This document shows positions 9,819-18,334 of a stretch of DNA of 60,505 bases, piece by piece. Below the pieces are notes generated by a model. It saw nothing but the letters and a program-made list of their open reading frames with translations, ran no database searches and was not told the origin of the DNA. The DNA comes from a virus. Location of the stretch: the IMG/VR virus record IMGVR_UViG_3300002026_000030. One strand, written 5' to 3'. Position 1 is the stretch's first letter; every line of letters begins with the position of its first letter. The position numbers were made by a program, and so were the translations under genes.

Positions 9819-10199
9819 ATGGCCGCCAACTACAACGTCACCGTTAAGAACGCTCGCCTCACCGTCGTCCGCGACGCCATCGACCAAGGCGCCGGCCCCG
9901 GCGTGCTAGAGATCGGCACCGCAGGCTTCGCCTCCGTGCTGGCGCAAGTCACGCTTGGAGATCCGTGTGGCACCGTCGCCACTGGCGTGCTGACACTCAG
10001 CGGTTTCCCGCGCAGCGACACCTCGGCCAACGCGTCAGGCGCTGCCGCCGTCGCGCGCATCCGCGACTCGAACAGCGTGGACATCGTCACGGGGCTCACC
10101 GTAGGTACGTCGGGGTCAGACATCAACCTCGACACCACGACGATCACTGCCGGCCAGCAGGTCCAGATCAATAGCGCCGCGATCACCCACGCGCCGTAA
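9819..10199 (+). CDS. hypothetical virion-module protein
   Basis: 126-aa ORF, AGGAG 6 nt upstream of ATG. Confidence 0.65.
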   Translation: MAANYNVTVKNARLTVVRDAIDQGAGPGVLEIGTAGFASVLAQVTLGDPCGTVATGVLTLSGFPRSDTSANASGAAAVARIRDSNSVDIVTGLTVGTSGSDINLDTTTITAGQQVQINSAAITHAP

Positions 10200-10208
10200 G
10201 GAGCCGTC

Positions 10209-11015
10209 ATGGCAATCACGACTCTTGACGGCTTGTGGGCCGCAGCCAAGCAACCCGCCGACATCAAGAAGACCGCATCGCGCACTGCGAGAGCGAACAC
10301 TTGGTACTCGATCTTCGACCTCGCAGGCAGCCCCGGCGCTGGCGTCCTTGCTGGTACGAGCGTGGCGGCAGGCGTTGTGCCCACCGATGCCACTGCCGGT
10401 TGCCCAACGATCAACGCCTTCGGCGGGTCGAATCAGGGCTACCTGTCCTCGGTCGAATTCGGTAGCTCTGTCGCGTGCCGTATCCGCTTGTTCGATCTGC
10501 TGTGGAAGGGCGGCGCGTATCCGTTCAACGCAGCGCAAGCACTGACCGGCCAACCGTCGTACCTCTCTCGCATCCCCGGCGGCGCGGCGATCAACACCGC
10601 AGGCGAGACGGAGATTTGGGTGGAGCAAGTCACGGCGGCGACGGGCAACCAAGCGGTCAACGTGACGTACACCAACCAAGCGGGCGCGACCACGCAGACC
10701 ACGGGTATCGTCGGTGTCGGTGCTGCCCCGGCTGTTGGTCGCTGCTGGCAGCTTCCGCTTGCCGCTGGCGACCGTGGCGTGGCGCAGATCAACAACGTGG
10801 CGGGCAGCACGGCAACGGTGGGCACGTTCAACGTGCTGGTCTTGCGCCCGCTGTGGACGGGCCGCGTGGTCATCGCCAACTCCGGCGACATTCACGACTG
10901 GTTCCGCACGAACGGCAAGCGGGTGTACGAGGACTCGGCACTGTTCGCGCTGATCTCGCCTGACAGCACAGCGACCGGCATCCCCGACATTCGCCCGATC
11001 ATCGCGGCGGGCTAA
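10209..11015 (+). CDS. hypothetical virion-module protein
   Basis: 268-aa ORF, AAGGAG 5 nt upstream of ATG. Confidence 0.65.
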   Translation: MAITTLDGLWAAAKQPADIKKTASRTARANTWYSIFDLAGSPGAGVLAGTSVAAGVVPTDATAGCPTINAFGGSNQGYLSSVEFGSSVACRIRLFDLLWKGGAYPFNAAQALTGQPSYLSRIPGGAAINTAGETEIWVEQVTAATGNQAVNVTYTNQAGATTQTTGIVGVGAAPAVGRCWQLPLAAGDRGVAQINNVAGSTATVGTFNVLVLRPLWTGRVVIANSGDIHDWFRTNGKRVYEDSALFALISPDSTATGIPDIRPIIAAG

Positions 11016-11018
11016 TCA

Positions 11019-12953
11019 ATGGCCGTTGGTCGGCCAAGTGGTATCGGCCCACAGGGTAGCGTCAGTCTCCGACCGCTAACGTCGGACAGTGCCCCCGGCG
11101 CGTCGAGCGTTCTCAATGATTACCTGTTTGGGCCTGCGGCTGCTCCTGCAATCAACGCGCCTACTGTTGGCGTGTCCACTGTTCAGGGCGGCGCGACTGC
11201 GGATAGCACGACCACTGCTGGCATCGCGACCACCACGGGTCGAACTCTGCTGGTGTTCGTCCACTGGCAGGACACCTCCGGTGTTCCGACGATCACGGAC
11301 AGCAACGCGAACGCTTGGTCGCAAGTCGGCGCGACCGTCGCACCGAGCGGAGGGTCGTTCTCTCAGTTCTTCACCGTGTTCAAGTGCGAGAACGCGACCG
11401 GCGGCGCGGGACACACGTTTACCGCCAGTAAGACCAACGGCTTCACCTCGATGTATGTCGTCGAGCTAACGGCTTCGACGGTTACTTTCGGAAGTTCCGC
11501 GACGCAAACCACGGGCCCGTACTTGTCGGGCAACGTGTCGCCCGCTGGCGACGCACTGCTGATCGCGCTCGGTGCCGTAGAAGGCACCGGCGTCACGAAC
11601 TTCGCGGCAGGCAATAGCTTCACCGCGATTGGAACGATCAACGATTTTGCGTTCTGGCAGGGCCAGACCGCTCAGCGAGCGGTAGCGGCTGGCACCTACG
11701 AAGCCAGCTTCACGACGCCAAACGCGTTGGACGGTGGTGCGCTTGTTGTCATCGCCACGATACCCGCCGGCGGCGCGGTTACTGGCACGCTGGCCGTCAC
11801 GGAGGGCGCTGACACATTCGCTGCCACCGGCGTGTCGATCAACCGCGGCACGCTGGCCGTCACTGAGGGCGCTGACACATTCGCTGCCACCGGCGTGTCG
11901 ATCAACCGCGGCACGCTGGCGGTCACCGAGGGTGCCGACACACTGGCCGCTACGGGCGTGTCGATCGAGCGCGGCACGCTGGCCGTCACGGAGGGCGCTG
12001 ACACTTTCGCTGCCACCGGCACGGTCTCAGGCGGTGCCGGAGTTACCGGTACGCTAGCCGTTACCGAGGAGGCGGATACATTCGCTGCCACCGGCGTGTC
12101 GATCAACCGCGCCACCATGGCGGTCACCGAGGGTGCCGACACACTGGTCGCTACGGGCGTGTCCATCGAGCGCGGCACACTGGCCGTTACCGAAGGCGCG
12201 GATACCCTCGCGGCTACGGGCGTGTCCATCGAGCGCGGCACACTGGCCGTTACCGAAGGCGCGGATACCCTCGCGGCTACGGGCGTGTCGATCAACCGCG
12301 GTGCACTGGCCGTCACCGAAGGGGCCGACACGCTAGCGGCCACCGGCGTGTCCATCGAGCGCGGCGCGCTGGCCGTTACCGAGGGGGCGGATACTTTCGC
12401 CGCCACCGGTGCGGTACTCATCACGGGCACCATGGCGGTCACTGAGGGCGCGGATACCCTCGCGGCTACGGGCGTGTCCATCGAGCGCGGCACGCTGGCC
12501 GTCACGGAGGGCGCTGACACACTCGCCGCTACGGGCGTGGTCACGGACCCCGGGATCTCCGGTGACCTCGCCGTTACTGAGGGGGCGGACACGGTTGCCG
12601 CTACGGGTGTGGTCGGCGGGGCGTACACCGTCACCCCGTCGCAGGCGCTACTGCTGCGCAAGCTGTACCAACTCCACGGACTTGATCGCTCCGCCCCACT
12701 GGCCGTGAGCGCCGGTGGCCGCGCGACGGGCGATGTGATCCAAGCCACCAGCATCGTCGGCAGTGACGTTACCCTGACCACGACGGCTGGCCACGACACG
12801 TTCTATGGGGACGTGGGTACGATGATCGAAGAACTCGCCGCGCTGCATGCGCTGGCTGGGCCCATGACCGTTACGCCGACCGAGCGTCTCGCCCCGGGCA
12901 TCACCCAGTCGCTCGCCACCGTCGGGGGCGTCACCACGGTTATCCGCCAGTGA
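11019..12953 (+). CDS. structural (fibre/shaft-like) protein with 13 tandem 21-aa repeats
   Basis: 644-aa ORF; aa 256-534 are repeats of G(T/A)LAVTEGADT(F/L)AATGVSI(N/E)R between non-repetitive N- and C-terminal domains. Confidence 0.7.
   Translation: MAVGRPSGIGPQGSVSLRPLTSDSAPGASSVLNDYLFGPAAAPAINAPTVGVSTVQGGATADSTTTAGIATTTGRTLLVFVHWQDTSGVPTITDSNANAWSQVGATVAPSGGSFSQFFTVFKCENATGGAGHTFTASKTNGFTSMYVVELTASTVTFGSSATQTTGPYLSGNVSPAGDALLIALGAVEGTGVTNFAAGNSFTAIGTINDFAFWQGQTAQRAVAAGTYEASFTTPNALDGGALVVIATIPAGGAVTGTLAVTEGADTFAATGVSINRGTLAVTEGADTFAATGVSINRGTLAVTEGADTLAATGVSIERGTLAVTEGADTFAATGTVSGGAGVTGTLAVTEEADTFAATGVSINRATMAVTEGADTLVATGVSIERGTLAVTEGADTLAATGVSIERGTLAVTEGADTLAATGVSINRGALAVTEGADTLAATGVSIERGALAVTEGADTFAATGAVLITGTMAVTEGADTLAATGVSIERGTLAVTEGADTLAATGVVTDPGISGDLAVTEGADTVAATGVVGGAYTVTPSQALLLRKLYQLHGLDRSAPLAVSAGGRATGDVIQATSIVGSDVTLTTTAGHDTFYGDVGTMIEELAALHALAGPMTVTPTERLAPGITQSLATVGGVTTVIRQ
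11784..12620 (+). repeat. 13 in-frame tandem repeats, 63-bp unit (two units expanded to 75 and 72 bp, last 60 bp)
   Basis: units start 11784, 11847, 11910, 11973, 12048, 12111, 12174, 12237, 12300, 12363, 12426, 12489, 12561; units 1/2 differ at 1 nt; units 7/8 identical over first 51 nt. Confidence 0.95.
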
Positions 12954-13183
12954 TCAACCCCCTCGCCATCGTGCTGCAGGGGATTGGGTTCGGTACCGCA
13001 CAGACGGTCGCCCAAGGACTGCTCGACGTTCCGGTTACGGTGATCGACACCCCTGTGGGCGGCGGGGCCACGCACAAGAACGTCCGGCTGGTCCGGGACA
13101 TGGTCACGTCGGACGACGATGACGTCATGGAGTTGGGCCTGCTAGCGGTGCTGGCACTAGAAGCTGCGGGCGTCTGGGATTAG
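12950..13183 (+). CDS. hypothetical protein
   Basis: 77-aa ORF, GTG start overlapping upstream stop (GTGA). Confidence 0.45.
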   Translation: MINPLAIVLQGIGFGTAQTVAQGLLDVPVTVIDTPVGGGATHKNVRLVRDMVTSDDDDVMELGLLAVLALEAAGVWD

Positions 13184-13218
13184 TGCGACACTGACGGGGC
13201 CCACTCTGGAGCCCGATC

Positions 13219-13752
13219 ATGAACGACCCCTATCTCAACAAGTACGCCACCTACGGCGCACTCATCGACAACTCGGCCGCGGTCAACGCGAAGTACCACG
13301 CATGGCTGCGAAACGACGCGAACTCCGGCCGTCGCCTGTTCCTGCTCGGCCTCAAGGTCATCAACCTGCAGAGCGCAGCGGTCACTGGTGTTGTTGCGCG
13401 CTTCGACCTGTTGCGCACCACTGGCAACCCGACTGGCGGCGCCAACGGTCAGATTTTCCAGTACGACAGCTTGACCCCTGCGATCACCACCGGCACGACG
13501 TTCCTGACGGCGCCGACTGGGTTTACCGATGGCCAGATCCTGCAGCCGATGATTAAGTCCACTGACGAGCATCTCGCCACTGCCGCCAACGTCGCGGAGT
13601 TGACCAACATGATCGACTACTTGAAGCCACCTCACGAGTTCGCGCGGCCGATCGTACTTAACCCCGGCGAAGCGGTCGCGGTGAAGCAAGTCACCAACAC
13701 TGCCGTTGGATTGTTTGCGTTCGAGTTCGTCTTGGGCGCTAGCCAGAACTAA
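13219..13752 (+). CDS. hypothetical virion-module protein
   Basis: 177-aa ORF, TGGAG upstream of ATG. Confidence 0.65.
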   Translation: MNDPYLNKYATYGALIDNSAAVNAKYHAWLRNDANSGRRLFLLGLKVINLQSAAVTGVVARFDLLRTTGNPTGGANGQIFQYDSLTPAITTGTTFLTAPTGFTDGQILQPMIKSTDEHLATAANVAELTNMIDYLKPPHEFARPIVLNPGEAVAVKQVTNTAVGLFAFEFVLGASQN

Positions 13753-13761
13753 GGAGCCGCC

Positions 13762-16700
13762 ATGGGCAGCTTGACCTCGTGCCTGACCAAGGCCGCTAAG
13801 ACTGTTTCCCGCGACGACGCGGACGCCATGCAGGCGACCGCAGAGAACTTCCGCCGCGAGGGGGTGGCTCCTGATGCTGCTGGCGTGCAGGCCATCGAGG
13901 CGCAACTGCAGACGGCGGTGGATGAAGCCAACGAGTTCGCTGGCAAGGTGAACGAGCAGTTCGGTACGAAAGTGTCGTTCGAGTTGAATCGCCCTGCACC
14001 GGAGACACGCGCCGACAGTAACGAGCGACTGGCCACCACGGCGGAGCGCGCGGGCAAGACGATGCGTGTCGGGCGCGTGGTCATCGTCGGCTCCGTGCCG
14101 ACGGACTTCGCGAACCTGATCAACGGCTGGCTGGACAAGCTCGGCGCAGACACCACCAAGGCGGCCGAAGCGGGCATCCCCTCCGAGGTGATGCTGGTGG
14201 ATCTCCCCGAGTTCCGTGCACGCACGGGCAGCACGATCGGAGTGAACGCGCAGGGCGTGGCGTCGCACTACTACACCAAGGCCGACGGCGTCCGCGTGGC
14301 GTTTATCGGCATCGACATGGACGGCGTCCGTGCGCGTGCGGCGGAAGCGTTCCTGATCGACGGCGAGCAACAGGGCGAGACCGCACTGATCGAAACCGTT
14401 GCGCATGAGCTTGGCCACGTCATCGAGCGGTCGATGTTCTCGAAGCTCCCGGAGGCCGACCAGCAGCAAGTCATCGACGCGTATATGCGCTGGCTTGCGC
14501 GTGTCGAAGGCATGCCCAACTCCAAGGCGGCACTGGAGCGTCTGACGAAAGTGCGTGGCGCCATGCTGGCTAACGCCAAGCGACAGGGCGACATGAACCC
14601 CGGCTGGGATCAACTGACGTACTCGAAGGGGTGGCGTGAGTGGAGCGCGGATAACATCGCACGCTGGCTCCTGTCTGATGCCGAACCGCAAGGCGTGGTG
14701 GATCGTTTCTTCTCGCGTGTCGCCGCGGAGATCCGCAAGGTCTTCGCACGTCTCACCGGCGCACCGATGCCAAACCCCGACATCGCCGATGTTATGCGTC
14801 GCATGGTGGCGCGCGCCACGGCGTGGCGTGAGGGCGCGGATCTCGGCGGTGTCGGCACGATGAACGCGAAGGCGTACCAAGCGCGCATGGCCCGGGTGCT
14901 GGGGGGTAACGACACAGAGGTGGACGCCAGCCTCGACCCCAAAACCGTCGAGGAACTCGACCTCAACGCCGAGCCCGCACGGCGTGCCATCGAGGAGATG
15001 GACGCTGCGATCAAGCGCGCGGATAACAGCACGTTCTCGCTGACACGCGGGTTGGCCAACCTGCTGCGTGGTAAGAGTGACAATCGACTCAAGCAAGCTG
15101 GTGAGGTCGCCCGCGATTCGCTGGTCGGCACGAAGTGGGACGAACTCAAGTTCGCACTCATGTCGCGCCTGCAGATCGCTACGTTATTCGACGACCGCAA
15201 AGACGTCGCGTTCGCCACTGCAGCGCGTCTACTCAACGACGCAGACCGCCGCGCGGAGCAGTTGTCGGCGGAGCAGCGCGCGCCGTTCGACGAGATCTTC
15301 CGTCGCATCGACGCGCTCGCACCACGCGCTCGTGCGATCTTGAACCTGCTCATGCACGACTCGACGATGGTCAAGATCCGTCCTGACGTGCCGTTCGATC
15401 ATCCGGCCAACAAACATCTCGGTAAGAGCGAGGCTAAGCGCAAGCAACACGCCGCGCTGGCGATGAAGTTCCGTCTCGCGACGGACCCTAAGTACGGCGG
15501 CGAGCCAGAAATCGCGAAGCTCTACCGTGAGTTGCTCGCGAAATCGACGCGCCTGAATCGCCGCATCGCACGCAAGCAGATCAAGTTGGCAGAGAACGAG
15601 ATCAAGCAGATTGAGCGCGACGCTGGTCCCGAGGGTTTGAGTAAGGCGAAGCAGGCGGAGATCAACGCGCTACGTGGCCAGATCAAACAACTCGCAACGC
15701 AACGACTGGAGTCGAGCCGCGGCCCATGGTTCCCACTGCGGCGACGTGGCGACTTCATCGTCAAGGTCCCGTTGCCCGAGGACATCATCAAGGATAAGGG
15801 CGACGTAGACTTCGTGACCGAGGAAGCCGCCGAGCGTGCAGCGAAGCGCGCCCGAACTGCGAACCCCAACGACAGTGTGCGCGTGAACAAGCGCGTCGGG
15901 GACAACGGGGAGTTGCTCGGGTACGACGTTCGCGTGTCGCGCAACGGCGTGTTCTTCTTCGAGTCTCTGGCAGCAGCGCGTGCGTCGAAGGACGACATGA
16001 TCGCTACCGTTAAGTCGCTATGGGAAGAACTGGGGACGGCCGCGGGGTCGTTCGACGAGTGGTACGAAAAGAACGGCGACACCGCGTTCAACGCGAAGAA
16101 AGTCTCAGACACCTACTTCTCGGACAAAGAAGTCCCGGGCAGCGTGTTGGAGAAGATGCGCAAGCTCAAGGGCGAGGGTCTGCCGCCATCAGTGGTGGAA
16201 GCGTTCCAGACCATGGCGCTCGAAGCCGATGCACAGTACACGCTCAATGCGTCCGCGCTCCCACGCCGCAATGTCATCGGCGCCAGCCACGACATGACCA
16301 CCGCGATGGCGGAGTGGGTCTACGGTGCGTCGTACAACTACGGCAACATCACCGAGGCTAAGGGCCGTCGTGATGCGTGGAAGACGCTCAACAAGTTAGC
16401 AAACGACATCAGCGATGACCGTCGTTCGGCGTTGCGTCGTTCGGCGTACAACGCGCTGGCGGCGAACGATAAGCTCACCGCGGAGCGCCGCGCCCTGACG
16501 GGGTACAACACAGCGGCGAACTTCGTGTCGCGCCTGTCGAGCCTGATGTCACTGGCGTTTTCCCCGGCGTATGTCGCGATCAACGCCACGCAGCCTCACG
16601 TGGTCGGCACCCCACTGCTGGCCGCACAGACAATCAAAAATGCCGACGGTACCTACAGCACGCTCGGTATCGCCGAAGCTGGTCGCTTCATGCTCGACGC

Positions 16701-18237
16701 CATGCGCGGTAACAAGGGCGTGGGGTATGGCCTCTGGGCGACGACTCGCAACGGTGGACGCGACTTCGTGCAGCACCTGCGGTCGTTCGCCGGCAAAGAG
16801 ACCAAGGGCGTCGTGACGCCTGAGCAGATGTTCGAGCAGATCCTTACGACGTACGCGCGGGGGCCGCAGGAAGAAGCGCTGCTGAAAACGCTGCGTGATC
16901 AGGGCGACCTCGACTTCGGGCATCTCGCCGCGCTGCAGGACACGCTCGCGTCAAGCAAGGTGGAGCGCAAGTGGAACGACGCACTCCGCATGGGTATGGC
17001 GTTCGCGCAACACGTGGAGACGATGAACCGCACGGTCACTGCGCTGGCGGCGTACCGTGCTGCGACTGAGCGACTGGGTTATGACAAGGTCATCAACCTC
17101 AACGGTGCGGCCGCGTCGCTAGATCCGCCGAACAAAACGCTCCGGTTCGTCACCGACTTCGTCAACGAGTCGATGATCAACTACTCGATGGTCAACCGAC
17201 CCAACGTGTTCAAGTACCAGTTCATGGGTCCGATCCTGCAGTTCAAGATGTACGTGCAGGGTATCTACGCCATGTTCATCCGCCACGGCGCGCTCGCACT
17301 TTCGGGCGACGCTGAGCAGCGCGCGAAAGGCTGGGCCGCGATGCGTAACCTGCTGGCCACGCACGCCGTGATGGCTGGCGCTATCGGTCTAGGCCCTCTC
17401 GCTGCGGTCGCGAAGATGACGCTGTGGGCTGGCGCCATGGCGTTCGGCGACGACGAGGACAAGTGGAAGGACGACGAGACGCTTCTCCACGAGTTCGTCA
17501 AGGATCACTTCGGTGACGGGGTGCTTGGCACTGCCGTCGAGCGTGGCGTTCCCGCTGCGCTGCTGAACATGGATCTGTCGAGCCGTGCTGGCCTGCCGAA
17601 CTTGCTCGACACGCGGTTCCTTAACCTGCGCGAAGACGACACCCCCAAGGGCACGGTGGACAAGGTCGCGCTCTACGCGCTCGGTCCGGTCTACGGCTCG
17701 ATCTCGCGTCTGCTGGGGCACGGCACCGCCACGCTCGGCGAGTCGATCGACTTCTTGCAGGGGGAAAGCGACAGCGATGATGTGCTGCGCGAGTTCGCTA
17801 AGGCATCGCCGACTGGGCTACGCAGCCTGATCGACGCGGTCCAGTACACGCGCAACGGCGTGATGGAGACGGACGGTGATCGCTTCATCCAGCCCGACGA
17901 CCTGTCGAGCTACGACGTGTTCGTCCGTGCGTTGGGCCTGACCCCGACGGAAGTCGGCAAGTCCTACGAGCGCCGCTCGCGGGAGTTCTCGACCATGGGC
18001 AACATCACCAAGGAGCGCGAGGACGTCATGAGCCAGTACAACATGGCGAAGAACCGTGGCACGCCGGACGACATGATCCGCGCACGCCAGCGCATCCGCG
18101 ACTTCAACCGTGTCGCCCCGGACGAGTTCAAGATCCGTCCAGACCAAGCGTCGCAGTCGGCGGCTAGCCAGCGCGAGCGCGAGTCGGGTGTTGTGGACAA
18201 GCGCCGACAGGCGGTTCGCGACGACGTGCTCGAATAA
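13762..18237 (+). CDS. large (1491 aa) virion-module protein with HExxH zinc-metallopeptidase motif; polyvalent / ejected-effector candidate
   Basis: AAGGAG 5 nt upstream; HELGH at aa 215-219 (nt 14404-14418); WFPLRRRGDF (PLxRxG-type) at aa 656-665; hydrophobic segment MAGAIGLGPLAAVAKMTLWAGAMAF around aa 1200-1225; last gene of the rightward block. Confidence 0.7.
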   Translation: MGSLTSCLTKAAKTVSRDDADAMQATAENFRREGVAPDAAGVQAIEAQLQTAVDEANEFAGKVNEQFGTKVSFELNRPAPETRADSNERLATTAERAGKTMRVGRVVIVGSVPTDFANLINGWLDKLGADTTKAAEAGIPSEVMLVDLPEFRARTGSTIGVNAQGVASHYYTKADGVRVAFIGIDMDGVRARAAEAFLIDGEQQGETALIETVAHELGHVIERSMFSKLPEADQQQVIDAYMRWLARVEGMPNSKAALERLTKVRGAMLANAKRQGDMNPGWDQLTYSKGWREWSADNIARWLLSDAEPQGVVDRFFSRVAAEIRKVFARLTGAPMPNPDIADVMRRMVARATAWREGADLGGVGTMNAKAYQARMARVLGGNDTEVDASLDPKTVEELDLNAEPARRAIEEMDAAIKRADNSTFSLTRGLANLLRGKSDNRLKQAGEVARDSLVGTKWDELKFALMSRLQIATLFDDRKDVAFATAARLLNDADRRAEQLSAEQRAPFDEIFRRIDALAPRARAILNLLMHDSTMVKIRPDVPFDHPANKHLGKSEAKRKQHAALAMKFRLATDPKYGGEPEIAKLYRELLAKSTRLNRRIARKQIKLAENEIKQIERDAGPEGLSKAKQAEINALRGQIKQLATQRLESSRGPWFPLRRRGDFIVKVPLPEDIIKDKGDVDFVTEEAAERAAKRARTANPNDSVRVNKRVGDNGELLGYDVRVSRNGVFFFESLAAARASKDDMIATVKSLWEELGTAAGSFDEWYEKNGDTAFNAKKVSDTYFSDKEVPGSVLEKMRKLKGEGLPPSVVEAFQTMALEADAQYTLNASALPRRNVIGASHDMTTAMAEWVYGASYNYGNITEAKGRRDAWKTLNKLANDISDDRRSALRRSAYNALAANDKLTAERRALTGYNTAANFVSRLSSLMSLAFSPAYVAINATQPHVVGTPLLAAQTIKNADGTYSTLGIAEAGRFMLDAMRGNKGVGYGLWATTRNGGRDFVQHLRSFAGKETKGVVTPEQMFEQILTTYARGPQEEALLKTLRDQGDLDFGHLAALQDTLASSKVERKWNDALRMGMAFAQHVETMNRTVTALAAYRAATERLGYDKVINLNGAAASLDPPNKTLRFVTDFVNESMINYSMVNRPNVFKYQFMGPILQFKMYVQGIYAMFIRHGALALSGDAEQRAKGWAAMRNLLATHAVMAGAIGLGPLAAVAKMTLWAGAMAFGDDEDKWKDDETLLHEFVKDHFGDGVLGTAVERGVPAALLNMDLSSRAGLPNLLDTRFLNLREDDTPKGTVDKVALYALGPVYGSISRLLGHGTATLGESIDFLQGESDSDDVLREFAKASPTGLRSLIDAVQYTRNGVMETDGDRFIQPDDLSSYDVFVRALGLTPTEVGKSYERRSREFSTMGNITKEREDVMSQYNMAKNRGTPDDMIRARQRIRDFNRVAPDEFKIRPDQASQSAASQRERESGVVDKRRQAVRDDVLE

Positions 18238-18296
18238 AAAAACCCCCGGAGAGAGGGGTCAGTTCTCTCCGGGGGTTGCCGCATCCGCCGATGCGG
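18236..18296. terminator. intrinsic terminator pair at the convergence of the virion and replication blocks
   Basis: 12-bp stem CCCCCGGAGAGA(18243-18254)/TCTCTCCGGGGG(18264-18275) flanked by A7 (18236-18242), i.e. U7 on the minus strand; second hairpin CCGCAT/ATGCGG 18279-18296. Confidence 0.8.
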
Positions 18297-18334
18297 GGGT
18301 GTCAGCGCCTCTCGTCACGCTGGCACCGGCGAAA

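Noticed and set aside
11784-12620. CRISPR-array interpretation of the 63-bp repeats
   Set aside because: The units are contiguous with no unique spacers, are in frame within a 644-aa ORF, and are conserved at the protein level with synonymous differences.
11696-12799. 367-aa ORF on the minus strand across the tandem-repeat region
   Set aside because: It is the mirror image of the 63-bp in-frame repeats. Its repetitive SAPSVTAS.. translation is an artefact of the array, it has no RBS, and the plus-strand gene has non-repetitive flanking domains and fits the operon.
13180-15096. Long antisense ORFs opposite well-supported genes. Examples: 13180..15096(-) 638 aa, 52760..54385(-) 541 aa, 21326..22555(+) 409 aa, 33277..34608(+) 443 aa, 47933..49162(+) 409 aa, 8059..9147(-) 362 aa, 42688..43653(+) 321 aa
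   Set aside because: These are typical GC-rich-genome artefacts. Their composition is dominated by Arg/Gly/His/Asp, they have no Shine-Dalgarno or coupling to neighbours, and each is fully covered by an opposite-strand gene with recognisable motifs or operon context.
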